64,000 nt of DNA from a virus (IMGVR_UViG_3300028920_000072:1123-65122), one strand, 5' to 3'. Shown: positions 23,801-31,217, numbered from the stretch's first letter. Numbers and translations are program-made. The notes: generated from the sequence alone by a model not told the origin.

Positions 23801-25261
23801 AAAGATGAGGAATTAGAAAAAGGAAAATTACAATATTTAACTGTAGAACAAGCGGTTGAAAAATTACGTAATGTTGATAATTTTGTGCATGTTCCTATGG
23901 AAGCACAACTTATAGTACGTAAAAAAGAAGAAAATCCATATCTAATAGATTATAGAGGCGGTATTGATGTACAAACTGAAGGGGATGAAACTATGGAAGA
24001 TCCTAACGCTATTCCGACTAAAAAAATAATATCTGGTTTTCAATCAGGCATGGATGAAGAATTGCTATCTTTGGCTAAAGAATTCAATTATGAAACAGGT
24101 GGCACTACTACTAGAGATTATGGTCAAGAAGGAAATAATAAAGTTAAGAGTAAAGCACAACAATTTGGTGTAGAAGCAGTAACAGAAAAGCAAGAAGAAG
24201 CATTTAAAGAAGCGTATCCATACAGAAACGATCCTAAATCGTTGTATTATTTGCCACGTACCGAATTGAATGTTATAAATTCTGATGCCACGGTGTATTT
24301 TTCGGCAGATATAAATGCAACTGACGGCGGTTTACCAGCTACTCTAGGTGCTGCTCAAAGACATTCCAAGCCTTTCTTTATGTATACCCCCGAAGGACAA
24401 ACATGGGAGCGTAAAGAGTGGGGAATTGGTTTCTCTAGTTCAAATGAGTTACAAAGATTACTTAGGAAATATAAAGTTAGAACTTTAAATGTTGCTGGTT
24501 CCAGACTTTCTAAGTTATCTCCTGAGCAATTACGTGAATTTAAGAGAGTGTTTAAAGAGACCATTGGGGCAGAACCTGATACAACTACGGATACAACTCA
24601 ATTATCCATATCATTTACTACAACATCTGACATTCCAGAATTTAGAACGGAAAGTTTATCCACTCGTAATCATCCAATAACAATATATGTAGATGGGTCT
24701 GATATCAAAGGTACTGGTCAAATAGGCTATGGGGCGTATGCTAATTTTATTGGTGTTGATTATACTATGAGTGGCATATCTGATAAAAAAGCTTTTGCTG
24801 ATTTTTATAACATATCTGAAACAGATATAACTAATGCAATATCTAATCCAACTATGGAATTATTAGGCACAGTTAAAGTATTAGAACAATTTTCTAAAAC
24901 AGGTGAACATTTATTAATTAGACAAGATTATGATGGAGTACAGAAGTGGATAAAAGGTGAATGGAAGCAGAAGAAACTTTGGATAAAAGATCTTGTACAA
25001 AAAGCTAGGGAACATATTGCTGCGATTGAATCTCATGGTGGTTCTGTTAGATTTGAGTGGATTCCTGGGCATGTTGGTATACCTGGTAACGAAAAAGCAG
25101 ACACATTAGCTAAAAGTAGAAAAGAACATAATAACATATCTAAGTTGGTTAAAATGTCTCCAACTATTCGTGCTACCACAGGATCTATACAAACATCATT
25201 TGAATTTTCGGAAAAAGACATAGAAAAAGGTAAAGAAACTAAAGAGAAGTGTAATGAGTAA
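11810..25261 (+). CDS. Giant virion-packaged DNA-dependent RNA polymerase polyprotein (zincin + RNAP + SLOG/cpYpsA + RNase H)
   Basis: Catalytic motif GSDFDIDK (DFDIDK at 21098-21115) preceded by YRVPVQGQNS; DATDGAMLISP; DAFVDAVKNP; HETFH zincin motif (16925); C-terminal SLOG and RNase H motifs. Confidence 0.9.
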   Translation: MLDKKDIFASLGSDKKDTPLGQEPVNPKTGLTEEDKKKLFEGLTGSSLGVTTIRGRVPKSYERILGEEGYHPEFGFTATQQQLAEEQSWVGQFGNMLNQMIVGEIIGGTIEGIGYLLDIQQYGDLVNGTEQEWGNWLSDVGKDLRTWTQEVSPIYVSPTAPKFNPGSWSWWMSNMPSIGSTLSLLIPATGAVKGISLLGKALNIGQKIGRTAGWMATGIGRALVSRHMENLMEASGVHEESYQIAKQELIKQYADQINQELSQSALKNPFATEEEKLAAAEVINTKWEKIINEQAKIHASKAAANTYKKQWVTVMQDIPQYLLFGMPPGLGGVVGKATKAAKTTNLSGKVARAMGMDVTKLFANKARSVAFDMLGEGGEEAYQFIINEQSKALMRKAFDPDVKHSFLDIIKENYDDGELWTSAVFGALGAGAMQAVGRGANKLFMGKADKRKIENIRSWSPAMAQAYQEYSAALASDDPIKQRQAYNSFIAINAIKADLSGNADNFVEFIEQMADNPDDATLANFNVQKEHISFLSENPELKDTIKSDMNRIDKLLRTYTKEVDKNDKISAEDKLKAAAALTHNRFLKEKTSKELNSINDEISQIESDLPGFVNSTDEVNEQGENLIYSDTGRAIKQLEYYKQSLEDTIAKRQAYMDAHDDTMGEVEKAQSKLAISVAKNRLQRAKGDLKELRQKYTKEERKNDKQILLDEPTLKEYFSAKKKKAWTELALDQLDAEKKYIESGKPFATSKDKEDTAGEDEKTRKEDSPNIDDTVEYVNKDGQTVRGKIDDILLEDESATNPMYVVRLLDEEGKLTDQTIVLDPEEIQDHFKDSTALEDSIDDISSPLTTEEEKWFEIFSEDEEIGSEGSDAINGLSYTHFDKAKNLEIRNEALDKALRDKNRDWSKAKAYYYIDVNSESFDKIYDELEDILTDAQKAVIKKLKKIQQENSDKKLTKKEIGALTIVSYPLTKEEYSVENKIKKGEDLTKEEEVISNRIHKKRRAYNSLLDRIPIFVKIVQGDEVFDGGMYLHATGHDRMHVPNSTKKKGQAAIDQYKEEKKSIARSNRSAIFWAYLKGEEPYTTGLKIGRGSLKTIDKSLPKSKRQRNLAKVLKKKFNDCKLLIANGTLSKGTTGITLYSGPVTSGGKESKFGRGYKSAGGVYIRDEEETLNGEPYAIHTNKRNMSEEHALIVLEAFRQQAYGVRKPKGKDIYETRFLKPFVFSESSLIDEDAVEGLTTGQVLELLTYHGRHRTDPTDPRFNAKGKDPKLLKALENKTLYLDIGDRALKVFGGKPTVALVYGKDKKMINLLNYSDVLEKKDDFIKWATKNLVYPVHLENRALHLELNKNFLDGRTFRIGKKDPIERKRGDRYNGFVVRNNLITADFERLADGNLYRAPFVDLNITDGKGNQRIFTKDNKPVQPVVPEQEKIKSKAEVESEKAKKEAEVEYKNPFNTRRARRVTVFRENIPSKLTDQETIVLVENISRHLEELITTDKSTPYTPSEIVDKLLKDTETYDAIVFGDRRGELNKPIKEYIKMRVAGVITRTLIDEYKYGETLTDGAKGSPTEEAVAPKVVPNVVEEYKDEDEVVKPAKVKKEVEQVAEEDIETIEDVSIDDLNSVFEDLDNNDDLFKPRQVRKELKNYTEQDLEKELKRVLKMIGRDVNDIKLIKRLVDLTGNGKLDWAAYSHDAIVLYEAAEEGTIYHETFHRVSLGYLKPIERKRLYSLAKEFYKLKEDATDDEIEERLAEEFRTYVLLQEENAPRGIMKILKDILNFIRAFFVRPNGMTKNELDAFFESIYRGDYRFSKKLEENRIKNGKKYARAIKDKEFDTIVSRDSLKNITKTLAAKLLAVNNVTDLNNVVAIDPNKLINYLRRQIKIFSVLETKEGIPEIQKQRATKVKALFVEILGDNEEGVAENFPIFHEYINAYLKDLGVRKTKEVDTFDENEEVVGKVRMDNTLKSYEVSVLDRSMASVKFLVGTLYEVADIEREVQEDGTVKIIPIKAIDETTGLTKFVDLHEVWSRALNDLHIYSTIEEMIDEMRAFAEKENRYYYYDLANKLEKRKDGKNEQIRNQFLSTFRKHKSLFIEMGFKKPRGGFSYNFVIRESSSKQLAREVVLMWNECFYLDPSIVSTGMDGNKYLNREFFHKLNADFTNLSSDYEEKLDTNKVDAKVISDTYDKLSELFDRIHVGVDVATLQTLADTFDKKTEEERVGSLISFVEKVFVGEFARKAEEEEAVEKIPRSFINDRVFYSGRENTEQSLSEAYAKAHPEKFSDMVLGAENSRYYTFSQHNLITENVLKYKTDPDFIRGKKSRFYNHHSIGLQHLLESEENRRNFDIVTFNLMRNERIRDKGSSFNKLSVIETYLIKFAALENGFMPMPVQANRSKYYFMKGLPVLNFNEVVTNITEDGYVTFSDTTLERFYGYFLDEKERIEEIKKLEKEYKAADEDGKAEIRSRMILNYHHDGSFDFKTGNARNFIHFKVFNGKNLSKLSKKEIKNLINDDLNARLKDEIDYLVGIDVILNEGEGNISNLLLQENKLMDIEDYLSETSKELGSDLESPALKVRIAEYLVNHMSSILESEKMFFADPAMFKKDKGSKFDVADDVYKRWFGPGSTGEKFAEQTDSMMDTTYNVVTLNTQTFKSKYYDRLFAKHVELNKQIFGEDKQDHAEKAAQIALKAYEKVDATDGAMLISPEFYRSLMMRLGAWSNENQKAFELLQSNKKLTPEEEVIARNIVLQPIKTVYVGSQNNNGVDHFIYDKMAMFPIFRQVVTNKHMKMLLDRMEAVGEFKGLDKIHAFKFDSATKVGNVRGIDFYLDPENRKQVNVDGLKNAVITPQMYENLRYQLVTDVHDVVEQNVASQVAKVAMGNIQKDATYGDKTGRELIQDFVKTISELSNIGTEKVKADFNIENGRISDKRLVATLLRAATSANKSEDLINALRYDEERNEIYLSIDAMTNRAWVYSRLMPMISEKTIDLTFPGNQLIQVPDYGQGVGVDEELGFSYMDEKNEFIRMESKVSERLLRDIIPNYAKLTHEQRKAFIKKNDITLIAYRVPVQGQNSIVVMKIADLLPEQSGDVIHVPLEFTALTGSDFDIDKLFVMRKYYKVNKKGEAVPVKFSTSDSSEAVKSRYIAKINELYNIHKFNEVVIPKSIREKVETFKKVEHSARLEKSKIYNDGSYNELKPLYDELKILKSKYQLAPEQDKESIMDVIYDIQERIAIVEEKRTDVETGGINDIILAVEDVKFQTIKDLLVKAGLISGDIEVFAKLPIEQQNTEKALKNRLFDIYTTILTDEKQYLNISTPLGNLVKLLEETADKYETLAKKDKNKGLESLETLTPKYQSETRFKFISSDMGIGPAALTNVHHVLTQLTEIQLKTRNNYGWNEKGRLDLSREVGEDGRKILDWTSTQIDAFVDAVKNPFIMKLNVNDATQSVVNLLLRAGLGLTTFSFVSQPILKHYAFEYFNASGSINRYSSGNIEKLVADNIMAIWAEKVNPDVSAEDLFNEDENRIDLPAILNQTQLEEDIDANKQNNSAFYIRQLNVLRHFISINQDAKALNALVLATRVDTKDYGSNPIELRQFLYNIQTLENKNKFVNLEKLISSDGEVVDGGIHLSALLKNSVLLGLELMGDKSMFATTGFAKTIRDIYDSIPGGKSSRILKELSEELYTYFISGFFIDAEDGLKMTQKQLYRLFFGLHPTDEGKDLSNDLIPDSVFNMLNKARSKNSKYYAELSNNKFIQFLTIDVDPEGVVKTFIRTPFHSFNEKWSTDDLIEDFNKLFTHEAKEIRDLARVLYIYSFYSTGFRRTMFGYNTFIPNEINKAIRLQNGKIVSFDRHVKKIVEFLNSEEGNTSMLSSAKREVFKNNWQNDEIVKVVPITAIEDSFTYGDKGAQYAFELSSKKLTRFKVGLNADGQSLFAPYIKMELFGEKNVLLEYVGYNQETKNPIYVIVPRKGYRFRGKVLNEYNIGKKMGNSILLSNDPFYLQRNFLAEKDEELEKGKLQYLTVEQAVEKLRNVDNFVHVPMEAQLIVRKKEENPYLIDYRGGIDVQTEGDETMEDPNAIPTKKIISGFQSGMDEELLSLAKEFNYETGGTTTRDYGQEGNNKVKSKAQQFGVEAVTEKQEEAFKEAYPYRNDPKSLYYLPRTELNVINSDATVYFSADINATDGGLPATLGAAQRHSKPFFMYTPEGQTWERKEWGIGFSSSNELQRLLRKYKVRTLNVAGSRLSKLSPEQLREFKRVFKETIGAEPDTTTDTTQLSISFTTTSDIPEFRTESLSTRNHPITIYVDGSDIKGTGQIGYGAYANFIGVDYTMSGISDKKAFADFYNISETDITNAISNPTMELLGTVKVLEQFSKTGEHLLIRQDYDGVQKWIKGEWKQKKLWIKDLVQKAREHIAAIESHGGSVRFEWIPGHVGIPGNEKADTLAKSRKEHNNISKLVKMSPTIRATTGSIQTSFEFSEKDIEKGKETKEKCNE

Positions 25262-28200
25262 TCCATTTTGCATAAATCCAAATAATGAAGAATATAGAGA
25301 AATGGTCTCTATATTTGGTGAAGATTTAACATATTATCTGTGGAACGAAAACGGCGGGCAACCATTAGATCATGCTCCAAACGGAGAGTATAGTAATTTA
25401 TTTAATGATTTGTTTGCTTTATCTGGTAATAGGGAAGATGCGTTAGAATTAAAAGCTCAGATATATACTGAAGATTTTAAAACGATGTTCGATGGTGAAA
25501 GAGATGAAAACGGAGAACCTGTTGCAAGTAGTTTGTTTGTTACTGAAGAAGACGAAGATGAAATAACTAAAAACAGAAAACATCCTAAAGTAAAAGAAGC
25601 ATTAGAAAATCCTAAATACAAACCAGGTGAAATAAATGATTTTAATAATCCATTGTCTTGGGATATAGAGAAGGAGTTTGATTTGCTTGAAAAAGAGAAG
25701 AATGACAAAGGGGAGTTGGTAGATAAATGGACTACTCTATTAGGCAGAAGAATAAAACATTATCGTAAATATAGGAGAGACAGAGCTGAGAGAATAGCAA
25801 GTGAAATAAGGGCAAAGGGACATTTAGCAGATATACGTAAAACATATAGAGGTAACACAGTTAAATATTATGTAGTTCCAGGAGTTCCTATTGGCATTAA
25901 GGGAGATAGGTATAAATACATGACTGTTGCTGGTAGGGAAATACAAACCAAAGAAGAAGATGCTCCTCATATAAGGAGACTGTTGGGGTTTGTAAATAGA
26001 CCTAAAACTAATGTTATATCTTTACTTAAAACTTTTCGTTCAGAGTATGGAGAAGTACTTGAGAATAATCCTCTCTTAAAAGCTAAATTTGATTTCATAA
26101 TTAGACAAGAGGAGAAGTTAAAAACTTTACGTGTCTATAATCTACCAGAACATGATAGTCCTAATGCATATGCTGTGTATGATCCTACTTTTCATCTCAT
26201 AGGTTTTAATGTTGAAAATTTAATAGAAGAGCCTAGTTTAGAGGCTTTTGCAGAGATATTAGTTCATGAGGCATATCATGGTATGACAGCTAAAGCAATT
26301 GATGATCCAACTTCTGAAGCAGAACGCAAGTTTAAAGCAGAAATCGAAAAGATATTTGAAACCTTTTTAGAGACAAATAAAGACAATACTGATTACATAG
26401 AGATGTATCAAAGTGCTTGGACTAAAGAAAATAAAAAGACTGGGGAAGTTGTAAATGATGTTCATGAGTTTATAAGTGCTTTTAATTCTAATAGCGACTT
26501 TGCTGCTTCTTTAAAACCAACTATTATAAAACGCATAAGGCATGCAGTTTACAACTTTTTTGTTGATTTATTAAATGCAGTTGGTGTAGATATTTCTAAA
26601 AAAGGGGATTTTACTTATGATAAAGTCGATAGGGTAGTTAACAGCTTTATAGAAAATCAAACTAAGTTTATGCCTGTTAGTCCAACTACTTATTCTAAGC
26701 GAGACGATAATGCTAAGAAGTATGTTGCAGCAAGAGACAGCATTAAAGAAAAAATAAGGCACATTCTTGAAGGCAGACCGAAAGAGATAGCAAAAGCTTT
26801 GCGTTCTATTGCTAATGACTTTATATTTGACAAAAAAGAGCATACATATTATCATAAGCCTACTGGTACTTGGTTCACATCTACGACTGAATTTTTAGCT
26901 TCTGTGGGCATAGGTGGAGTTAGAGTGTTTGAAATAAAAGAAGGTAAAGAATATGTAATAGCAAAAGGTGAAATTACATACAATAAAGTTTTATATAAGA
27001 AAGGGCAAACTTTTGTTGGCATTAAAAATAAATCTTCTTTTAAAGGTGAAGGGGAAGTAATTAGTGTTGCCGTAGAGAGAGGTGGAAATTTGGGGAATGC
27101 CATGCATAGAAGTGTTGAAAGTATAGTAGAAGACGTAGCGTATGATATAGAAGAGGAAACTGGATTTAAAGTTGGAGAACAAGCTATTAAAAGTCTTATA
27201 AAAATAATAGAAGACCTTAAGGGAGAATCTGGTATTGCTTTATCAGAAGTGCTAGTTGCACATCCTGAAAAAAGCAGAGCCGGTACAATCGATTTAATAA
27301 TAATTGACAAAACTGGTAGAGTACATTTATTTGATTTTAAGACTAAAGAAAAGGGGTTTAGATGGTACAATAGTACTAAATATGGAGTGTCTGATAAAAA
27401 GAAGTACCATATGCAATTAAACTTCTATAAGCACATGCTTGATAAAATGTTTCCATTTAAGCTGGTCGCTAGTATGAACGTTGTTATGTTACAACCTGAT
27501 GTTGTTGGTGATGAAATAGTTGATGTAGAATTAGACAATACTATTTTTGATAGTGGTATAGATAGATTTGAAACCATGGAATCGGATTTTGCTGGAACGT
27601 ATGGAGATAAGCCTGTAAGATATTCTGCTAGTGCTTTAATAGATAGAGTAAAAGAAGATATACGTGCTGACAGTTATATGGATTTGCCTGAATTTTTATT
27701 GTTAGCATCAGAAAAATCAAAATTAACAGAAGCTGAAACTTTATTGAAAGAAACTTTAAATAAATTCAATAAGAGGCTTGATATAATGCAAGCAAGATAT
27801 TCTTTTAGTAAAAGAGAAGGTTTTGAAAAATTCATGGATGAATTAGTTACATCTCAAAATGCTACTTCTGCTTTTTTACAAATAGTAACTTATGCATATA
27901 AGCAAACCAATATAGTTAAAAAACAGTATGATGATTTAATTAAAAAAGGGGAAAGACCTACTGCAGAAACATTATATCAGTGGAAAGATTACTTAGTTGT
28001 ATTTGAAGTATTAGATGATATCAAAAACTTAGTAATGGATGATCCTAGTATGTTTAGTGATCCTAAAACAATGGATATGTTAAATTCTGCAATCGATGTT
28101 AAGAATTTTATAAAACATAAATTTTTAACTATTGGTAAGGAAATTATAGCAGAGTGGTTGGCTCCATATTATAATGGAATTAGAGCAGAAATTAGGGAGA

Positions 28201-31004
28201 AAATACTGAGGAAGTATAGAGTAGATTTGACTAATAAAACGAGAAAATTTAGAAAAGAAGGCAATTCTAAGAAAGAAGCTAGAATAAAAGCACGTGAAGA
28301 ATTAGGCACAGAGGAAGAATATGTACAAGAACAATTAACTTTAAAAGGTACAGATATAGCTAAAAAAACTTATGAATTATTATACAAAGAATTAACATTA
28401 GCATCTAGAGATGTAAGTGAATTAACCAGATGGTTAGATAATATGTTAGATGCTAGTGATCCAGTGGTTTCTGCTGCAGTCAATGCGTTTATGGAAAAAG
28501 ATGATCTTCATGAAGTCGAAGCTTTAAACAAAAGAGCAGAGCTCATAGACGATTTAACAGAATTTGAAAAAACCAATCCAAAAGGCTTACTTACCTCAGA
28601 AGAAGAATTGTATTCATTTATATTAGAACGTGATGAAGATGGTGAATTAACTCAATATTTACTTAAACCTTGGACAAGTGCTTTTGAACAGATAGAAAAA
28701 AAGCATGCGGCAGAATTATTTAAAGATTATGATTCAGCACAAGCTAAGAAGAATTTAGCAGAATGGCGTAAAGAATTCATGCCTACTGATAAAGAAGCAT
28801 ATTATGATGGTTTAGAGGCACATTTAAATTTATTTGTTGTAGGTGAAGAGAAGCTTATACGAAACAATGAAGTAGATATTATTATAACAAATTTAGTACA
28901 AGAAGAATATCGAGATTTACATGAAATGGCCGAAGAAGGAGAAATAAGTGAATTTGCTGCAGATCAAGCATTAGAATGGATGAAACTTAATAGATGGAAA
29001 TATAGTCAATTTAAAGATTATACAGATCCTAAAACTAAAAAAGTCACTAAAGCAATTAATCCTAAATGGTCTGAGTTTGTTAAAGAATTAGGTATATCAA
29101 CAGAATTACCTATATATGAACAGATGGCAGAAGTTGAAAAATCAACCCATCCAAAAGCTAAATTATATAATGTTTTAATGAAATTAGCCAAAGAAGCTGA
29201 TAGTATGGTACCTTATAGTTATAGATTAGGGTATCGTTTGCCTGGAGTAGCCAAAACTTCTCATGAACGAGTTAGATCAGGTCAATCCCCTGCTACTTTT
29301 TTTAAAGAAGAATTTAAAAGTAGTTTGTTTTTACGTCCAGAAGATATAGAACGTGGGGAATCGATGCAATTCAAAGATGAATTAGGCAGAGCAAAATATT
29401 TTATTCCTATTCATTACACTGCTCAGATAGAACCAAAAAATCAATCGTATGATCTTCCTGGTATATTTTATAAGCGTTGGAGTTCTGCTAATGAATACAG
29501 CCACAAACGTCAGATATTATCTGAAATGGAAATGACTAAATTTTTTGTTGAAACAAGGGATGTGAAAAAAAGAAGCGTGTTAAATAAAATTATACCAAGG
29601 AAGATAAACAAAGGGGAAGATGATGACGATCAACCAGAAAGAATGAGTGGTAGTAATCTAGCTGCTATGTTTAGTGATTGGTTTGAGTTGGCAGTATATG
29701 GTCGTAAGACTAAAGATACTAACAAGGGAACACCTAGTGGATTAATAAAGATAAATGAAAATTGGGTATTAGATACCAGTAAAGCAGTAGATGCATTGAA
29801 TAGATATACCTCATTAAATTTACTCGGGGGCAATCTAGTGCAAGGTGTAGCTAATGTGCTAATAGGAGAAACAATGCAAGCGATAGATACTTTTGCTGGA
29901 GAACATGTTAATATGAAGAGTTTTACCAAAGCTAATCTTATATATCATTCGTGGTTGCCTAAAATGATGTTAGATTCTGGTCTGAAACAACCTCAACACA
30001 AAGGGTCTTTGATTATAGAACGATTCGGTATATTACACGGAGATCCTAGATATACTAATTTTGCTATGCGTACTCGTGTAGGTCAACAATTAAACTACGG
30101 TTCTTTGTATTTTATACAACAAGCGGGGGAACATTGGATGCAAGCTAGATTTTTATTTGCGTTGTTGTTAGACAAAAAGGCTTATGATAAGGAAGGCAAT
30201 GAAATAGGTAGTATGCTTGAACAGTATCAAGTTAAAAATGGTAAATTAATTATTAATCCAAAAGTTGATTTGATTAAATCAAAGTGGACAGCAAAAGATC
30301 AGGCAGCTTTTAAACAAAGAGCCAAGGGGTTACTTTCCAGAATGCACGGTGAATATAGTGAATTAGGTCGTGTAGCTATACAAAGATTAGCATTAGGTCG
30401 TATGGCGTATATGTTTCGTAAATTTGTAATACCTGGTATTAAACGTAGATATGGTAGGAGAAAATATATACAAAGATTAGATCAATTTGTAGAGGGTAAT
30501 TATATTACTACTGCTAAATTTGTGGCCAATTTATTTCAAGATTTAAAAATATTTAAACTTGCTTTAATGTCAGAAGAATGGGCTAAATTAAATGATCACG
30601 AAAGAGCTAATATATATCGTACAATAGCAGAAGTAGCATTTGTTATAGGTACTACTATATTAGCTAATGTATTCTTCAGGCTAAAAGAGGACGACGATGA
30701 CGATGATCGTTTCAATGCTTTTCTTGCATATCAGTTTTTTAGGTTACAAACTGAATTGTTGTTTTTCTCACCTAAATTAGACGAGGCGATAACTATATTA
30801 CGTTCTCCTATGGCGAGCATGTCAGTTGTAGAAAATATAATTAAAATGTTAGGTCAAATATTTCATCCGTTTGATGAATATGAACGTGGACCATGGAAAG
30901 GAGAATATAAGATTAAAAAGACTATGATTAATTTTGTTCCATTATATAAACAATATTATAAAGCACGAGATGTTGAAGAACAAATACCATGGTTTAAGAA
31001 CTAG
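25254..31004 (+). CDS. Large virion/ejection protein with zincin peptidase and PD-(D/E)xK nuclease domains
   Basis: LVHEAYH...VHEFIS; AGTIDLIIIDKTGRVHLFDFKT...YHMQLNFY; C-terminal LGRMAYMFRKF helical region as in crAss-like large virion proteins. Confidence 0.75.
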   Translation: MSNPFCINPNNEEYREMVSIFGEDLTYYLWNENGGQPLDHAPNGEYSNLFNDLFALSGNREDALELKAQIYTEDFKTMFDGERDENGEPVASSLFVTEEDEDEITKNRKHPKVKEALENPKYKPGEINDFNNPLSWDIEKEFDLLEKEKNDKGELVDKWTTLLGRRIKHYRKYRRDRAERIASEIRAKGHLADIRKTYRGNTVKYYVVPGVPIGIKGDRYKYMTVAGREIQTKEEDAPHIRRLLGFVNRPKTNVISLLKTFRSEYGEVLENNPLLKAKFDFIIRQEEKLKTLRVYNLPEHDSPNAYAVYDPTFHLIGFNVENLIEEPSLEAFAEILVHEAYHGMTAKAIDDPTSEAERKFKAEIEKIFETFLETNKDNTDYIEMYQSAWTKENKKTGEVVNDVHEFISAFNSNSDFAASLKPTIIKRIRHAVYNFFVDLLNAVGVDISKKGDFTYDKVDRVVNSFIENQTKFMPVSPTTYSKRDDNAKKYVAARDSIKEKIRHILEGRPKEIAKALRSIANDFIFDKKEHTYYHKPTGTWFTSTTEFLASVGIGGVRVFEIKEGKEYVIAKGEITYNKVLYKKGQTFVGIKNKSSFKGEGEVISVAVERGGNLGNAMHRSVESIVEDVAYDIEEETGFKVGEQAIKSLIKIIEDLKGESGIALSEVLVAHPEKSRAGTIDLIIIDKTGRVHLFDFKTKEKGFRWYNSTKYGVSDKKKYHMQLNFYKHMLDKMFPFKLVASMNVVMLQPDVVGDEIVDVELDNTIFDSGIDRFETMESDFAGTYGDKPVRYSASALIDRVKEDIRADSYMDLPEFLLLASEKSKLTEAETLLKETLNKFNKRLDIMQARYSFSKREGFEKFMDELVTSQNATSAFLQIVTYAYKQTNIVKKQYDDLIKKGERPTAETLYQWKDYLVVFEVLDDIKNLVMDDPSMFSDPKTMDMLNSAIDVKNFIKHKFLTIGKEIIAEWLAPYYNGIRAEIREKILRKYRVDLTNKTRKFRKEGNSKKEARIKAREELGTEEEYVQEQLTLKGTDIAKKTYELLYKELTLASRDVSELTRWLDNMLDASDPVVSAAVNAFMEKDDLHEVEALNKRAELIDDLTEFEKTNPKGLLTSEEELYSFILERDEDGELTQYLLKPWTSAFEQIEKKHAAELFKDYDSAQAKKNLAEWRKEFMPTDKEAYYDGLEAHLNLFVVGEEKLIRNNEVDIIITNLVQEEYRDLHEMAEEGEISEFAADQALEWMKLNRWKYSQFKDYTDPKTKKVTKAINPKWSEFVKELGISTELPIYEQMAEVEKSTHPKAKLYNVLMKLAKEADSMVPYSYRLGYRLPGVAKTSHERVRSGQSPATFFKEEFKSSLFLRPEDIERGESMQFKDELGRAKYFIPIHYTAQIEPKNQSYDLPGIFYKRWSSANEYSHKRQILSEMEMTKFFVETRDVKKRSVLNKIIPRKINKGEDDDDQPERMSGSNLAAMFSDWFELAVYGRKTKDTNKGTPSGLIKINENWVLDTSKAVDALNRYTSLNLLGGNLVQGVANVLIGETMQAIDTFAGEHVNMKSFTKANLIYHSWLPKMMLDSGLKQPQHKGSLIIERFGILHGDPRYTNFAMRTRVGQQLNYGSLYFIQQAGEHWMQARFLFALLLDKKAYDKEGNEIGSMLEQYQVKNGKLIINPKVDLIKSKWTAKDQAAFKQRAKGLLSRMHGEYSELGRVAIQRLALGRMAYMFRKFVIPGIKRRYGRRKYIQRLDQFVEGNYITTAKFVANLFQDLKIFKLALMSEEWAKLNDHERANIYRTIAEVAFVIGTTILANVFFRLKEDDDDDDRFNAFLAYQFFRLQTELLFFSPKLDEAITILRSPMASMSVVENIIKMLGQIFHPFDEYERGPWKGEYKIKKTMINFVPLYKQYYKARDVEEQIPWFKN

Positions 31005-31036
31005 GTAGCTAGTTTTAGAACAGCGATAACAAATTT

Positions 31037-31066
31037 AAAAAGGTTACTTTAATTAGTAGCCTTTTT
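31037..31066. terminator. Bidirectional intrinsic terminator-like hairpin
   Basis: AAAAAGGTTACT-ttaatt-AGTAGCCTTTTT; A-tract on the left and T-tract on the right, at the convergence of the two modules. Confidence 0.7.
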
Positions 31067-31071
31067 TAATT

Positions 31072-31098
31072 AAAAAGGGGTTAGCCCTCACTAACCCC
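31072..31098 (-). terminator. Intrinsic terminator hairpin
   Basis: AAAAA-GGGGTTAG-ccctca-CTAACCCC. Confidence 0.6.
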
Positions 31099-31189
31099 TC
31101 ATAATTAAACATCAGTTTAACCATAACACAAAAACAAAAAATGTATTTTAATATTGTTTTAAGTTCTTCTAATCAATTTTTTAATTAAA

Positions 31190-31217
31190 TAAGGGTATCA
31201 TATTACTGATACCCTTA
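31190..31217. terminator. Hairpin, terminator-like
   Basis: TAAGGGTATCA-tattac-TGATACCCTTA perfect 11-bp stem. Confidence 0.55.

Noticed and set aside
901-29929. Short antisense ORFs inside the + strand structural genes (and + strand ORFs inside - strand genes beyond 31 kb)
   Set aside because: Shadow ORFs of long genes with Ser/Phe/Leu-rich antisense composition and no motifs
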